DNA of 64,000 nucleotides. Origin: Podospora anserina (Eukaryota). A program made the translations under genes and the position numbers. The stretch lies in the NCBI GenBank assembly GCA_017654855.1, contig CM030334.1, positions 2,542,001 through 2,606,000 on the forward strand, read 5' to 3'. Each line of letters begins with the position of its first letter. Position 1 is the stretch's first letter. This document shows positions 47,119-59,706 of the stretch, in pieces. The notes beneath the pieces are model-generated. The model searched no databases. It was not told where the DNA came from and saw only the letters and a list, made by a program, of their open reading frames with translations.

Positions 47119-50105
47119 GGTGGGTGTTGACCTTTGGGTACTGCGTACTTTTTTTTTGATCCGACGGCTTGTCTAAGGTGGTGCTCCTATCGCGCTTTCG
47201 TGTCTTGACGTCGGGCCCTCCCGTTTGCCGGAGTTTTTCCAGGCTTGGGAAAGGATTCAGGGCGGTTCGTGCCTCAGGCGCCCAGGCTGCCGCTCCTCAG
47301 GGTTGGCAGGCTGGCAGGGTTCGCCCGCCCGAACACAACCCGAGGACCCAGGTTGTTTCATGCAGGCCCCTGCACAAAGAAGGAGTGGGGACGACATCTG
47401 AGATTGCGCACGAGCCATCCAACTTCAGTCGTCCACGCCATCTCATCTCGGGCGGCACGAGCACGAGCGGTCAAGCCAGAGGTCAGAGTGAGGAATCTGG
47501 AAGGTCGAAGGTCAAGCCCAACATGGGTGGTTTTCTTGTCATTTTCAATTTCATTTTCGTTTTTCCTCACATCTCCGAGGACAGCTCATTTTCGACGGGA
47601 ATTTATCTCATCATGGTAAGAAATCGGACATTGTTTGGTGGCATCTGCAGGGCTTGCGACACCACACACATGCACACACATCAATGCCCCGCTCCGCAGA
47701 TCGTACGCCACCTCGGTCGAAGGCGTCCGTTGCATTCAATATTTGGACACTGCTTTCGTAACTTGTGCCACTCTGTCATCCTCTTATCCTACTGTATTGT
47801 AAGGTTTGTTGGGCCGTACTGCGGTAAGCAACGCAGTCATCTCGAGTTGATCTTATTTACAAAACCTCACAGGACGGATAAGGCGGGGTGTGTGATGGGG
47901 GGGTCACTAGGGAGCCTCCTTTCGGCCCCGTTGAAGCTGGTTGCAGTCCAGTGGCACTGGTGCCTGCGGGTGCTTCTTGTTGAGCTCTCGTTGCTGCCAC
48001 TGGGCGGCGGACGACAACTCGATCTTCTTTTCACAAGGTTTCATTTTGAAATTCGAGCCCGCCTCCTCAGGCTCGCTGCATGTCGAGATACCTGTCTCGG
48101 ATACAAAGCGGTGGTGGGAGCATCAGTAGCAGTACCTCCCAGAAGCAGCCAGCACCATACAAAACCCATGTCACGATGCAACAATGGTGTCCAATCAGCA
48201 TTCCCCGCACCGCAAGATCGAAAACCCCGGATCATGAACCCTGGCTCTGCCCAGAACACCACGACACACTGGCTCTGGCCGAATTTGGTTGGTCAAAATT
48301 CCGGAAGGCCTGTTGATTGTTCTTTGCAGCAGTCTCCTCCCCTCCCCTCCCCGCGCCCTCAGCTACTGTTGGATGAATAACGGTACACTAGGTGCCACGA
48401 TGCTCCGGAGAAGGAAACACAGGCAGGATACGTTCTGATGGGCTTTGATTGATTGATTGCCTGCAGCAGCACCGCTCAACTGCCCGCGCCGCCGATCTGC
48501 ATCGGGTCCTTGGAACATGACCGGTGTTCGGTTGCTGTCCACAACGTACAGCACCACGGCGCCAGGGGCTGTATTTCACGGTCGGCCACATCATTCTTGT
48601 GCCGCACAAAGAAGCGCGACACAACGGCCTGCAGAGCCTAATTGGGAGCTTGTGCATCGAACAAGGGCGGCACCAGGCCTCCGTTTAGTAGCGAAGAGGC
48701 GGGGGCCATGCTCGAAGTTCGGCCACGATGATGACGGTATGTGTCAAATGGCGCCGGCAGGCCATGGACTGGCACACTGGTGGTGGGTGATAAGCTATGG
48801 ATTGATTGGTCTCGGCAAAGCACCACGTTTCGATTAATTGCAGTACCTCCCTTCCCGCTCACCTTTCCCTTCCATTCTCTCCAAATTATGCACAGGCGAG
48901 ATGGCATCAGATCTGGCCAGGTCGAGTGTCGATTTGACGCAACCGCACACAGGGTGAGATGGAATACGGAACCCGGCCATGGCCGTGCTGGACAGGACAA
49001 GCTGAGCTGAGGTTGGCTTTGTGTTAGTTCCAGCAGGGACAGGATGTCATGTACCGTTCCGTAAAACTGTATTCCGCAGCCGGCGTAAACCTAGCCAGCC
49101 ACGGTAATGTTGGTATTGGTGTGGGTTCAATCCGAAGAACGGGTTTCGGTCGCACGCTTGCGCGAGGCCAGGAAAGCCCTGCGACATTATTTACCGTGTG
49201 TATCATTTTGGCCCCAGAGCACCTCCAGATAGCTTCTTTGTGCGTGAGACTCGCAGGCCAGCGGGTGGCACACAGTTAATTGCTTGCCATCAGCAACCTG
49301 TGATGTTATCGTGGGAGACCTGGATAGGCCCTACGCGGGGCAAGGGCAGAAAAAAGAGCGGTCTCACTCGCTCAGCAGGGCGATGGCGTGCAGCAAAAGG
49401 TCAGACTTGCAGAAGCTTGCTACCATCTGGAGAAACCCACTTTGTAGCTACAACACTGCACTGTACCTCCTGTCACAAACAAGCTGGAGGTGCGGAATCC
49501 AAACTTAAAACCAAACTACCGCCAGTCTGAGCGTCACGGTTGGTGACAGCATGTCACGGGTGTCTGTGAGTTCGTCAGATCAGGGAGGTCAGCCATTTGA
49601 AGACAGGATGATGTTATCGGGGGTTTGTCTGTGGCTCATTCAATTGTTCTTCAAGACTTCCCCCGTCCCCTCAGGCAGGGCATCAATCCATTTGACGGAT
49701 GGGAAATGCAATTGGCCTGGCGTGGTGAAGTTTGAGCGTGGTGAGGTAAGTTGCTGTTCCCATTTGGCTTAGCGTCCGGGGTGCGGTTTTAGTCGCTCGC
49801 CTAATAACAAGCGGCAGGGACCACTTGGCCGGTGGGAACCCACACCTCATTGGGCAAACCTGCACTGGGATTCTGGGTCGCTGGGGCCATCGCTGGCCCG
49901 AACGCTTGCAACCTCCAAATCTCAACCTTGCGCTTTCGAGGTCCCTTTTCATTCTCCATCACCAACAAGTGCCAGATCCCTAATCGCCCTGTCACCAGCT
50001 CGCCGACGGACCAAATTGGACAGAAATACCCTCACCACCTGCGCTGGAAACTGAGTTTGGAAATCCCGCAACTTTGGCCGCCTTTTCGCCCCCGGTGCTC
50101 CGACA

Positions 50106-52359
50106 ATGAAGGAATTACTCGACACTAACCGTGTCAACTATCTCATCTGGAGGTTCGTTGTTTCTGTGCCCACCCCATCCCTTCAGCCCGACAACCTCCG
50201 GACTGCCTGGTGAGAGGGCGCTGCAGTCGCTGACTTTTGACAATTAGGTACTTATTGGAGTCAAGTATGTGGACTGCTCACTGGGAACAGCTCAGCTCAC
50301 CCCGCCAGCTCTCGTGTTTCACGCGTTGAGCAACCAACAAAGTTGCGAGGCAAGCAGCAAGACGCAAGCAGACAAACTGACCTCAGACAGATTATCGGGA
50401 AACTGCCGCCAAGCTGCAAAAGGAGTGGCGGATCCAAACGCCTCACAGGCATTTTGACTATGCTCCGCACGTCAAGACGTATGCATTGGTGAACCTTCTC
50501 AACAAAGGCCTTCAGTTTGAAGCGTATGAAAGACAGTTTGCTGAGCAAAAGGTACGGTGGCCCGATTTCATTGTTGTTGTGAAATTAACTCGACCTGTGG
50601 GCTGGCGCCCCCCATTCCGGTCTGCATGGAATTGGCGGGTGGTGCAGGTTCCAGGGGGCGGTAGTGCCGGGGTAACTGACAATTTTCTTGCAGGCGCCTC
50701 GTGATGTGCCGGCAACGGCCGAGGCGACACCGCGTGGGGTGTTTGGACCGCTCAAGTTCCAGCCCGACGTGATGGAGGTGGAGGAGGATGAGGTGGAGGA
50801 GGAGGCAGAAGAATCCGAGGATGCAGAGTACGATGAAGACATCGAGAACCCAAGAAAGCGCGCGGTCGACCGGCATCTCGCCGTGTCGCATGGGTCGCCC
50901 GCTAAGCGGCAGAGACTGAGCAACGGCTACGACAACGGGGCGGATTCTGCCACAACCCCCATGGAAATTGACCACCACCACCACCACCACCACAACGGCG
51001 CAGAAAACAACCACGCCTACCCATCGCCCCTGGAGGGCGAACAGGCCGCATCACCAATCCCTCACACCGAGGGGCCCTCGCGGGGCACACAGGTTGACGA
51101 CACACGGGACCTCACCCAAGACACGGTGTTTCTGCGACTCGGCGCCGATGATTCCACAGAAGCTAGCGAAAACCCTATCGTGCTCATCAGCAAGTGGAAC
51201 CCCAAAGACCCATCAATCTTGGCGACTGGCGGGACCGATGCGCTAGCCCGCATTTGGACGCTTCCGCGTGGAGCCGCCCCAGACGCCGCCCTGCCAGATC
51301 ACGTGGACACGGCCCCTCGGTACCTCCATCTTGGTGATGACCTCCCCAATGATTCAACCGTCACCTCCATGGCATGGAGCTCCAATGGTGCTCTTATCGC
51401 CCTCGGGATTGAGATAGGAAACAAGTCCCGTCTTGGTGTGTGGGCTGCCGATGGTACCAGTGCCTACCGTTTCGAAGGCCTCGACTCCCCCATCACCAAC
51501 CTCTGCTGGAGTCCCAATGACAAGTTCCTTTTGGCCATCTCACCGGATATGACCAATGGACTGGAGAACCCCCGGACTCTGATCCAGGTTTCGTCTCCGA
51601 CCACGGTGAATCCGATGTCTCACATCCTCAACTACGACATTCACAGCTACCCCGTCGATGCCACATGGATCGGCGAGAGCTCTTTTATTCTCTGCGGTCA
51701 AGGCATGTTGACTGCCTTCCGATGCACTGAAAAGGAGGTTGTTCAGATCAGAGAGTTTGAAACACGCAAGGACGAGCGATTCCAGTATGTCAAGTTCGAC
51801 TGGCGCTCTAGCCTTGTTGCCACTGGCAGCGAAGCGGGTTTCATTGATGTAAGTTTGTTCTTCAGCATCTCAAAGTTTTCATGTACTGATCTATGACTTG
51901 CAGATTTGGGATGAGTCCAGTAGGCGGCGTTCGATAAAAGCCCATGACGGCGCTATCACCGCTATGCAGTGGCAACCGCTGCAAGCGGACCCTGCGGAGG
52001 GCGAGAGGCTGTTGGTGTCCTGTGGCATCGATGGCGGCATCTTTGTCTGGAACGTACTTGGAGGCCTGGAGAATAGGCCGAAGTACTCGATCACCTTGGA
52101 TTCACCCCTTGCAGCAAATAGCCTCGCCATTAGCCCCGACGGATCGCACATCGCTGTAGCAACACATGACAGAATCTTGATCTGGAAGCTTGGTGAACAT
52201 CAAGTCCCTAAAGCCGGCTGGATGCCGAATACTGGGTGGCAGACCCCCAAGACGGGATCCGACTCGGGTGATTCCTTGCCATTCTTGGAGTGGGACTGCG
52301 AGGGCAAGAGACTGGTTCATGGTTTGGATAACCGACTTGCTATCATTAACTTCCGGTAG
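50106..52359 (+). CDS. SIF2: LisH + WD40 protein, SIF2/TBL1-like (Set3/HDAC complex subunit), 5 exons (50106-50152, 50248-50264, 50391-50551, 50694-51848, 51904-52359)
   Basis: The spliced N-terminus MKELLDTNRVNYLIWRYLLESNYRETAAKLQKEW...ALVNLLNKGLQF is a LisH motif. WD repeats include KWNPKDPSILATGGTDALARIW, VTSMAWS and AHDGAITAMQWQP. Confidence 0.85.
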
Positions 52360-53682
52360 AAGGGGCTTTCGGACCTACGAATACGCAACGACATGCCGCT
52401 TTCTTTCCCAATGAGAGATGGCGCCGCCCCAGATCTTATTCGACTGGGGCGCTTGGGCGAATAGGCTGCTCTGTGTGAGGTTTGGGGGGCCGTCTGGTTC
52501 GATCAACATTTGCAACGATGCCTATAGGATTGGATTCCTGAGCGCGGAACCCCTAGCGGGAGTTTTCGAATGGCAACCTCCGACCTGTTAGTATTACGTG
52601 TTCCCCGGGACGTACAAGAAGCGGAATTCCCGAGAATCGACGAGAAGCGGACCGGTATCAACATGAACTGAGGAGGCCGGAGAAACGACCAGTCACCGAT
52701 ACACCGAATTGATGCCCAGCACTAGAAGGCATTGGTCATCTACCAGTCCCTGTATGCGCATGATCAAACCTTACAAGGACCTGTACACGACCAGTTCGAT
52801 TATTGCTGGAGCACAACCCGCCTACATGCCGTGCCGACAACCAGAAAAGTATCGAGCCAAGAAGCAAGCCCAGTATCGGAGACATGCCTCTCATCATCCC
52901 CGACATGGATGAGCAGTAGGGAGCTTTGGGGTTGAAATCACCCGGCCCAAAACAGTGGGCAGTTTGGGGCTCTTTGAGTCCTGTCGTAAAGAATAAAGCC
53001 AGAGAGATATTCCAGCATGGGCGGGGAAAAATAAAAAGACGGTGACGCTGCCAGTACACATCGGCAACGGTGCGTTGGAATGGGGGCGCGAACTAAACTT
53101 ACCAAAAATAAATGCATGCTTTTTGGGAGAAAAGGTTGGGGCCAAACATACATGCGATGATATTTGAATAGCGGAGCGATGGGAATGATTTGGTTTAGAG
53201 CGTGGTTTTGGCTAGTCAACATTGAAAGCTTTTATAACGATACAGGTCGAGCGACGATTTTCTTTTTGTCGTGGTTTACATAGTATGCTATCTTGGAGTA
53301 GTGTGGCATCTAGCAGGCATCTAACAATAGAAACTTGACATCACTGCGTTCTCTTCTGTATGAGTGTGAGGTGCCCTCCTGGTATGTGTTGAGTTAGTAG
53401 AGTGACCCAATATGACGAGTGTGGTAGGTGGTATCTCGAAGGAGATAAGCCGGCACAATCCTTCCCAGAGCTTATTTGGCTGTCTGCATCGTAGCACGAT
53501 GATATCTAAGCAAGCCGGGAACTTTGGTCCGTCCTCGCACATGTTCATAGTATGCATGATTATCCGAAGACCGAGCTCTGTTCTATATAAACAACTTTGA
53601 TGTATAAGCGAGGGTTAAGTAAACTGCTGGTATGATTGCCCCATCCTTCTTCCCTTTATACAAGTTTCTTGATAATTTCAGC

Positions 53683-54258
53683 ATGGCAACTTCGACCTCG
53701 CCAACCTCGGAGCCTGCCACCACCACCCCCAGTGGTGAAACAACCAAAAACGAGCAAACCTACCCCTGCTCCTGCCACTGCGGCTCGATAACCTTTACCG
53801 TGACCCTCTCCCCCCCGCTGGCAGAGCAGACAGTGATGGAATGTAACTGCTCGATTTGTCGACGGGTTGGGTATCTGCTTGTTTGTACGTCTCACTCCCC
53901 TCATCCCACCCCTTTCCCCCGTCATAGTCTGCTGATATCAACAGTCCCCCCCAAAGAAGCAGTCGTGTTTTCCGAAGACAGCCTCCCCCGCCTCTCCCGC
54001 TACCAGTTCAACACCAAACAAATCGACCACCTCTTCTGCGGTAACTGCGGCTCCAGCCTGGGCATCGACTTTCGCGAGTTTCGGCAGAAGGGGTATGGGA
54101 TCAGCGTGAGGACGTTCAACGATGTCGACCTGGAAGGGCTGAAGTACAAAAAGGGGGATGGAAAGGCCAAGCTCCCTCCTTATAGTGATTTATCCGGGGT
54201 GCAGTGGGCTTTGGACCACCCTGCTGGCGAGAACGAGCGGAAGGAAAAGGCTATGTAG
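53683..54258 (+). CDS. GFA/CENP-V (Mss4-like) zinc-binding protein; intron 53885-53944
   Basis: CSCHCGSI, CNCSICRRVGYL, HLFCGNCGSS and ISVRTF match the GFA cysteine pattern. Confidence 0.9.
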   Translation: MATSTSPTSEPATTTPSGETTKNEQTYPCSCHCGSITFTVTLSPPLAEQTVMECNCSICRRVGYLLVCTSHSPHPTPFPRHSLLISTVPPKEAVVFSEDSLPRLSRYQFNTKQIDHLFCGNCGSSLGIDFREFRQKGYGISVRTFNDVDLEGLKYKKGDGKAKLPPYSDLSGVQWALDHPAGENERKEKAM

Positions 54259-54392
54259 TGAAGAACAAATATGATGATGTTCTTTTCGCTTGCTAATGAT
54301 GCAAAACCCTCCGCCCGCTGATACGCGGTATGTACATTCCCCTAATTTTACAAAAAACAACCCCCAACACCTCGCGATCCAGTCGCCGACTT

Positions 54393-55553
54393 TTAAAAAG
54401 CCTCAAGCTTCCCCTTCCTCCCCAACCCCGACCCTGCCCTTCCCTGAAAAGTCCTCATCCCCCTATCCACCCCGGCCAACCCCCTTACTACTTTCTGCAC
54501 ACCCACAGGCAGCACATTATACCAATCAACCCACCTCGCATAAAGCGGCATCCCAATGCTCGCATTCTGCCCGTTGTCAATCGCCTTGATCACCTCCTTC
54601 GCCACATCAACCGGCTCCACCACCGGGGCCAAGAACGCGTTGGGTGTCTTCACCCCAGCAAACAAAGGCGTGGAGAGCTGCCCCGGGGTGACAAGCACCG
54701 TTCTAATCTCGGGGTGTGATTCCTTCAGTTCCGCCGAGAGAGACTTGTGAAGAGCGGTGACGCCAGCTTTGGCGGCGGCGTAATCCGTCAGCTGCGCGGC
54801 GCCGAGGGTGCCAATGACGGACGAGATTGTCACAATCGTTCCGCCGGTCTCGGAGCGCGTCATGCCCGGGAGGAAGGTCTTGATAGTGTAAAAGTGGGAG
54901 AGGAGGTTGGTGGTGAGGGAACGGTCGATTTCGGGGAGAGAGAGGGACAAGAGGGGTTTGCCGAGGACCACGGCTGCGTTGTTGATCAGGATTGTAGGGG
55001 GGCCGAGCTGAACAGACAGACAGAATGTTAGTGATATAAAGGGGGTGAAATAGAGGAGGAAAAAAGGGCAACCAACCTCGCGCTCAATCTTCTCGGCAAC
55101 CTTTGCGATCTGCTCCTTGTCGCCAACATCACACTTGTAATACGTCACCCCCCTTGCCTCCCCATTCTCCATCTCCTCCACGTCCAGCACGGCAACCGTC
55201 GCGCCGCGCATACCATAGACCTCAGCAATCAGCAACCCGAGCCCGGAAGCGCCACCAGTGATGACAATGACCTCCTCGCTGAGGTCCACCTCACGAGGGA
55301 GGCCAAAGGCGAGACGGTCGTTAATCACGCCAGCCATCCAGATCAGGGTGATGGCGCCGGCCCAGGCGAAGGAGACGAGCATGGGGGGCGCGTCCCAGTG
55401 CATGTTTTGTGCGCGGAAGCAAAGGGGGATGATCCAGGCGATGAAGGGGTGGAAGAAGGTGGTTTTGAAGACTTTGACGATCAGGTCGATGGAGAGGGGG
55501 GCGAACCAGCTGTCCCCTCGGGAGGGGTGGCCGGCGTAGGGGGAGGGCGCCAT
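54393..55553 (-). CDS. Short-chain dehydrogenase/reductase with an N-terminal membrane anchor (17-beta-HSD XI/retinol dehydrogenase-like); intron 55076-55008
   Basis: VITGGASGLG, CDVGD, ILINNAA, GTIVTISS and catalytic YAAAK. Confidence 0.92.
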   Translation of the reverse strand: MAPSPYAGHPSRGDSWFAPLSIDLIVKVFKTTFFHPFIAWIIPLCFRAQNMHWDAPPMLVSFAWAGAITLIWMAGVINDRLAFGLPREVDLSEEVIVITGGASGLGLLIAEVYGMRGATVAVLDVEEMENGEARGVTYYKCDVGDKEQIAKVAEKIEREVGCPFFLLYFTPFISLTFCLSVQLGPPTILINNAAVVLGKPLLSLSLPEIDRSLTTNLLSHFYTIKTFLPGMTRSETGGTIVTISSVIGTLGAAQLTDYAAAKAGVTALHKSLSAELKESHPEIRTVLVTPGQLSTPLFAGVKTPNAFLAPVVEPVDVAKEVIKAIDNGQNASIGMPLYARWVDWYNVLPVGVQKVVRGLAGVDRGMRTFQGRAGSGLGRKGKLEAF

Positions 55554-56164
55554 GTTGTCTGTGTGGTGGTGATTATGTTTAATAGGGGTTGAGAGCTTGA
55601 AGCTATGCGCGTTGCTGATGGCTAGGAAATTAAACTTTCGGATAGGTAGGAATGTCTTGGATTCTTCTGCCAGAAAAGAATACTGAAGAAAAGGTATAGT
55701 ACAGAGACTGGAAGAAGAAGAAGAAGAAAGATGGGATGAGAAATAGAGTGCAAGTTAGAAAGCTCTCCCTGGTGTGACTTTTTTTTGGTGTCACGACTTG
55801 TTGGCGGCGGTGGCAGCAGTAGCAAAGCGCACAGCTCAACGACCGTTGCGACGTTGAAACGTTGATGGACCGTGCGTGCTACCCCTAGCTTGTTTCAATT
55901 CCATTCTTGGACTTTGCGCGCTTCCCAACTTGGGATGGAATTCTGGCCCAGTGCACCTTCCCACCCCTGCATCAAATTCCCACTGTGTGCTTGGCACTTG
56001 TCACTTGTTCCCTCGGTGCGCCGCCGCCGGCTGCCAACATCTGGACATCAAACCGACCGTCTGTGACCATCAGGGTTCTCATTGTCAACCCCGTGCTGCT
56101 ACTCCATACACTTCTGGATAGTACTCGATAAGATCGCGATATGCATTTGCCGATAAGAGATCTA

Positions 56165-56165
<1 letters not shown>

Positions 56166-56195
<30 letters not shown>
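56166..56195. repeat. (AAC)n microsatellite immediately upstream of the transporter ATG
   Basis: About 10 copies of aac, ending 7 nt before the ATG at 56203. Confidence 0.9.
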
Positions 56196-56202
56196 CGCAG
56201 TG

Positions 56203-57877
56203 ATGAGCAGCGCGCAGGAACCTCTTATTTCGGCCTCGGAGCGGGTAGATGCTGGTGGGGATCATGATGAACAACAAGGCGATGAAGCCGGCCGTCTCGA
56301 ATCCGGGAAAGCGATCCTCGCGGCGCCGAGTTGGTTTATCTGGCTGTTGACCTTGTCGGCGGGGATATCAGGGTTGCTGTTTGGTTGTATGTGTGCTTTC
56401 TCATCCTGATCTCACTCACGAAATGCGTGGTGTTGACATCCAATCCCAAAGACGACACAGGCGTCATATCATCTACTCTCGTCTCCCTCGGCGAGTCCCT
56501 CTCCAACCGACCGCTTAACTCCCTCGACAAGTCACTCATCACCGCTTCCACCTCCCTCTTCGCGCTTTTGATCTCGCCGTTCTCGTCGGTTCTTGCCGAT
56601 AGTCTCGGAAGGAAAAGAGTAATACTCGTGGCAGATGTGCTGTTTGTTCTGGGAGCCGGGGTGCAAGCAGCATGCTCAACAGTCTGGGTGATGGTGGTTG
56701 GGAGGAGTATCGTTGGTATGGCGGTGGGAGCAGCAAGCTTCGTCGTGCCGCTATACATTGCTGAGCTGGCCCCGGCGGAACACAGAGGGAGGTTGGTGAC
56801 CATGAACGTCATCTTCATTACATTGGGCCAGGTCGTTGCGTACATTGTTGGATATGGATTTGGGGAATATGGGCACCCAGAGACCGCGTGGAGATGGATG
56901 GTTGGCTTGGGAGGATTGCCAGCAGTGGTGCAGCTTTTCATGATGACGGTTATGCCCGAAACACCGAGATGGTTGGTCATGGTGGGGAGGGGATTGGAAG
57001 CTAGGGGTGTCGTTGAGAAAGTTGCTGGCGGAAAGGTTGCTGTTCGCGAGGTCGATGCTACGGTCAAAAGCATTGAGATCGAAGTTAGGGAAGAACAAGA
57101 TGCAAGACGGCTGCGAAGAAGGAGAGGTGATAGCAAGGCCGGCTGGGCCGAAGGTTTCGACGAGCTGTTCAACATCAGGAGAAATAAGAGGGCGTTGGCG
57201 ATCGCTTGCTTATTGCAGGGCTTACAGCAATTGTGTGGTTTTGTAAGTTTTCCGATCATGAGCAATGGCGCATGTTCAATGCTAACACGGCGTCTCAGAA
57301 CTCGCTCATGTACTTCTCGGCGACCATCTTCGAGATGCTCGGCTTCCCGATCCCGACTCTTACCTCCCTTGTCGTGGCAGTCACCAACTTCGCGTTTACC
57401 TTGGTGGCTCTTCTCATCATCGACCGCATTGGAAGAAGACGCATCCTTCTCTGGTCTATTCCATGGATGGTGTTTGGGCTACTCCTTGCTGCCTTTGGCT
57501 TCTTTCTGAGCGGAGTCACAGATAGCGATGCGCCCGGATCTCCAGTCGTCATCCTGATCAGCATCATGATCTATGTGGCAGGCTATGCGATTGGCCTCGG
57601 AAACGTCCCATGGATGCAGAGCGAGTTGTTTGCCCTCAACGTGCGGTCGCTGGGAAGCGGCATAGCAACGGCCACAAACTGGGGCGCCAACTTTGTCATT
57701 GGCCTGACCTTCTTGATGTTGATGGACTTGTTGGGCCCGCCGCTGACGTTTACTCTATACGCCTTGATCTGCATTGGAGGGTACGTGTTGATCTGGAGAT
57801 TCTACCCAGAGACAGCCGGCTTGTCTCTCGAAGACGCTGCCTCGCTGTTGGAGGATGACAATTGGGGTGTGAGGTGA
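56203..57877 (+). CDS. MFS sugar-porter family transporter, myo-inositol transporter (ITR)-like, 3 exons (56203-56386, 56452-57242, 57299-57877)
   Basis: GLLFG/YDTGVIS, ADSLGRK, VPLYIAELAPAEHRGRLV, MPETPRWL, LQGLQQLCGF/NSLMYFS, IDRIGRR, SELFALNVRSLG and YPETAGLSLE. Confidence 0.93.
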
Positions 57878-59706
57878 TTTGAGGTGAGGTGAGGTGAGAT
57901 ACAGCCTCACAGTGGAGACAAACCGAACGGCTGGCGCCATCTAGAACCATCGTGACGCACCCATGCAAGCCACTCCAGTGGGAAGTGAGCAGCAGAAAAA
58001 AGCTTGACGTCCATCCGAGATGGATCCCCTCACGGCCCGAAGGGCAGGGTTCCTGATTGCGCGGAAGAGTCCGCAACATCGTGAACTCACCTCGAACTGC
58101 AAGGCTACTGGCGGCTAGAATCGGCAATTGGCGGGATTAGATGGTCTGAACAGCCTTGTTGGGCAGCAAGAAAACATGGGAGGCGGGACAGCCCATGAGT
58201 CGGTTCGTATCAACTATCGTCAAATTGTGGGAAAGGGGAAATCATTCGTCAATGGAAAAAAAAAGTTTTCACCTGTGCTCCCCCATGTCTCGTATCCACA
58301 TGGCAATTCAAATGAAGCTGTTGTATCGTGGGAAGCGTGGACGGAAAAAAAAACGTTAGCCCGGTGTGGTGGTGTTGATTGTGATTGGCGAATTGCATGG
58401 GGGGGGGGGGGGCCGCTGAGACCAGACGGCATTGACGTAATCCCGCAGCCACAAACCAAATGTCCGGAGTTTAGAGCTACGTCTCGCCTCCCGAGGTTCG
58501 TTTTTAAGAGGAGCAGATTCCCGTTTTATATCCGCTCCAGCTGCTATCATGACACCGGATGCGGATGCGAAAGCATTCATCATCGTCAACATCCCGTCGT
58601 TCGGTGGTCGGGATTAATTCATTGCGATCAGAGCTGAACACAAAATCTTGCTTGTGTCGGTGTAGGGGATCTAATGAGAGAACAAAACGGAGGGATTCTG
58701 GGCTCTTCTGATCTGATGTTAAAAACTTTCAGGACCCCACCAAGGACGCTGTCATGGTGGGGAATGGAAGTTTGATAATGGGCCCAGCGGGGATCACCGG
58801 TTCGAGCTCCGTGACTCCATCTTGCCTGCATCGCCTGGAATGAAAAGGGATGGTCCTTGTTTAGCTTCTCAATGGGCACCAGATTGGAAATGGGCAAAGG
58901 GTCGGTGTCCCCGCTACCAACAATGTGCATCTTCCTTTTTGCTTCATGATTCAGCAACCTACGTTGATATCAATCAACGGCAGTTCTACAAGAAAAATGT
59001 CTCGTTCGAGTCACAGGAGTGCTGCTAGAGAGTTCTGTAGTTGACATGCAGTTCGATGCGGTTATCAAGCCGGAATGCTACAGCATTTGTACATATGTAC
59101 GGTGGTGAGTAAGCCAAGGTGGGCTTCCCAAGAACGCGAAGTGCCGAGGCGCATCGATCAACCTTGTCATCTGGTTTTTTTTGTTGCGCCTCCGTGCGTG
59201 GCGCCGTTCGAAAAGCAACCCGGCCTCGGGAACGGCACCAGCAAACCAGGGTGTGGGTGGACTAGACGCACTTTCACCGAGGAATTGGTGTGACAATTGG
59301 GCAAAAGAAGCTCCATTTTTCTTTGCTATATCGATCTCCCGTTGGGTCTGAGAGTTTCCCCCGTAGTATGCTGTGACTGTGACCCTTCTATTTGCCTTGG
59401 TAAGAAAATCCGGATAGGGATTACTTAATCGGGTAGCTGAAGAACAACAGAGATCCAGGGGGGGACTGGATGGTGGTCCCCCAGATGTCCTCGTCATTGT
59501 TATAAGATCTGGGTTCCCCCCTCTTGGAAAGATCTGATGGCAAAATCTTAATCAATCACTTACACCACGATTTGACGAACACTTCTGTTTCAAGTTGTTC
59601 GTTTTGGTATTAGTCTTTTTGGCTCTTCTCACAGTTCACTCGCCTGATATCACCACCAACCCTCAACACCAGATCAAGCAGCTTCTTCTCAGTGTCGATA
59701 GTGTCG

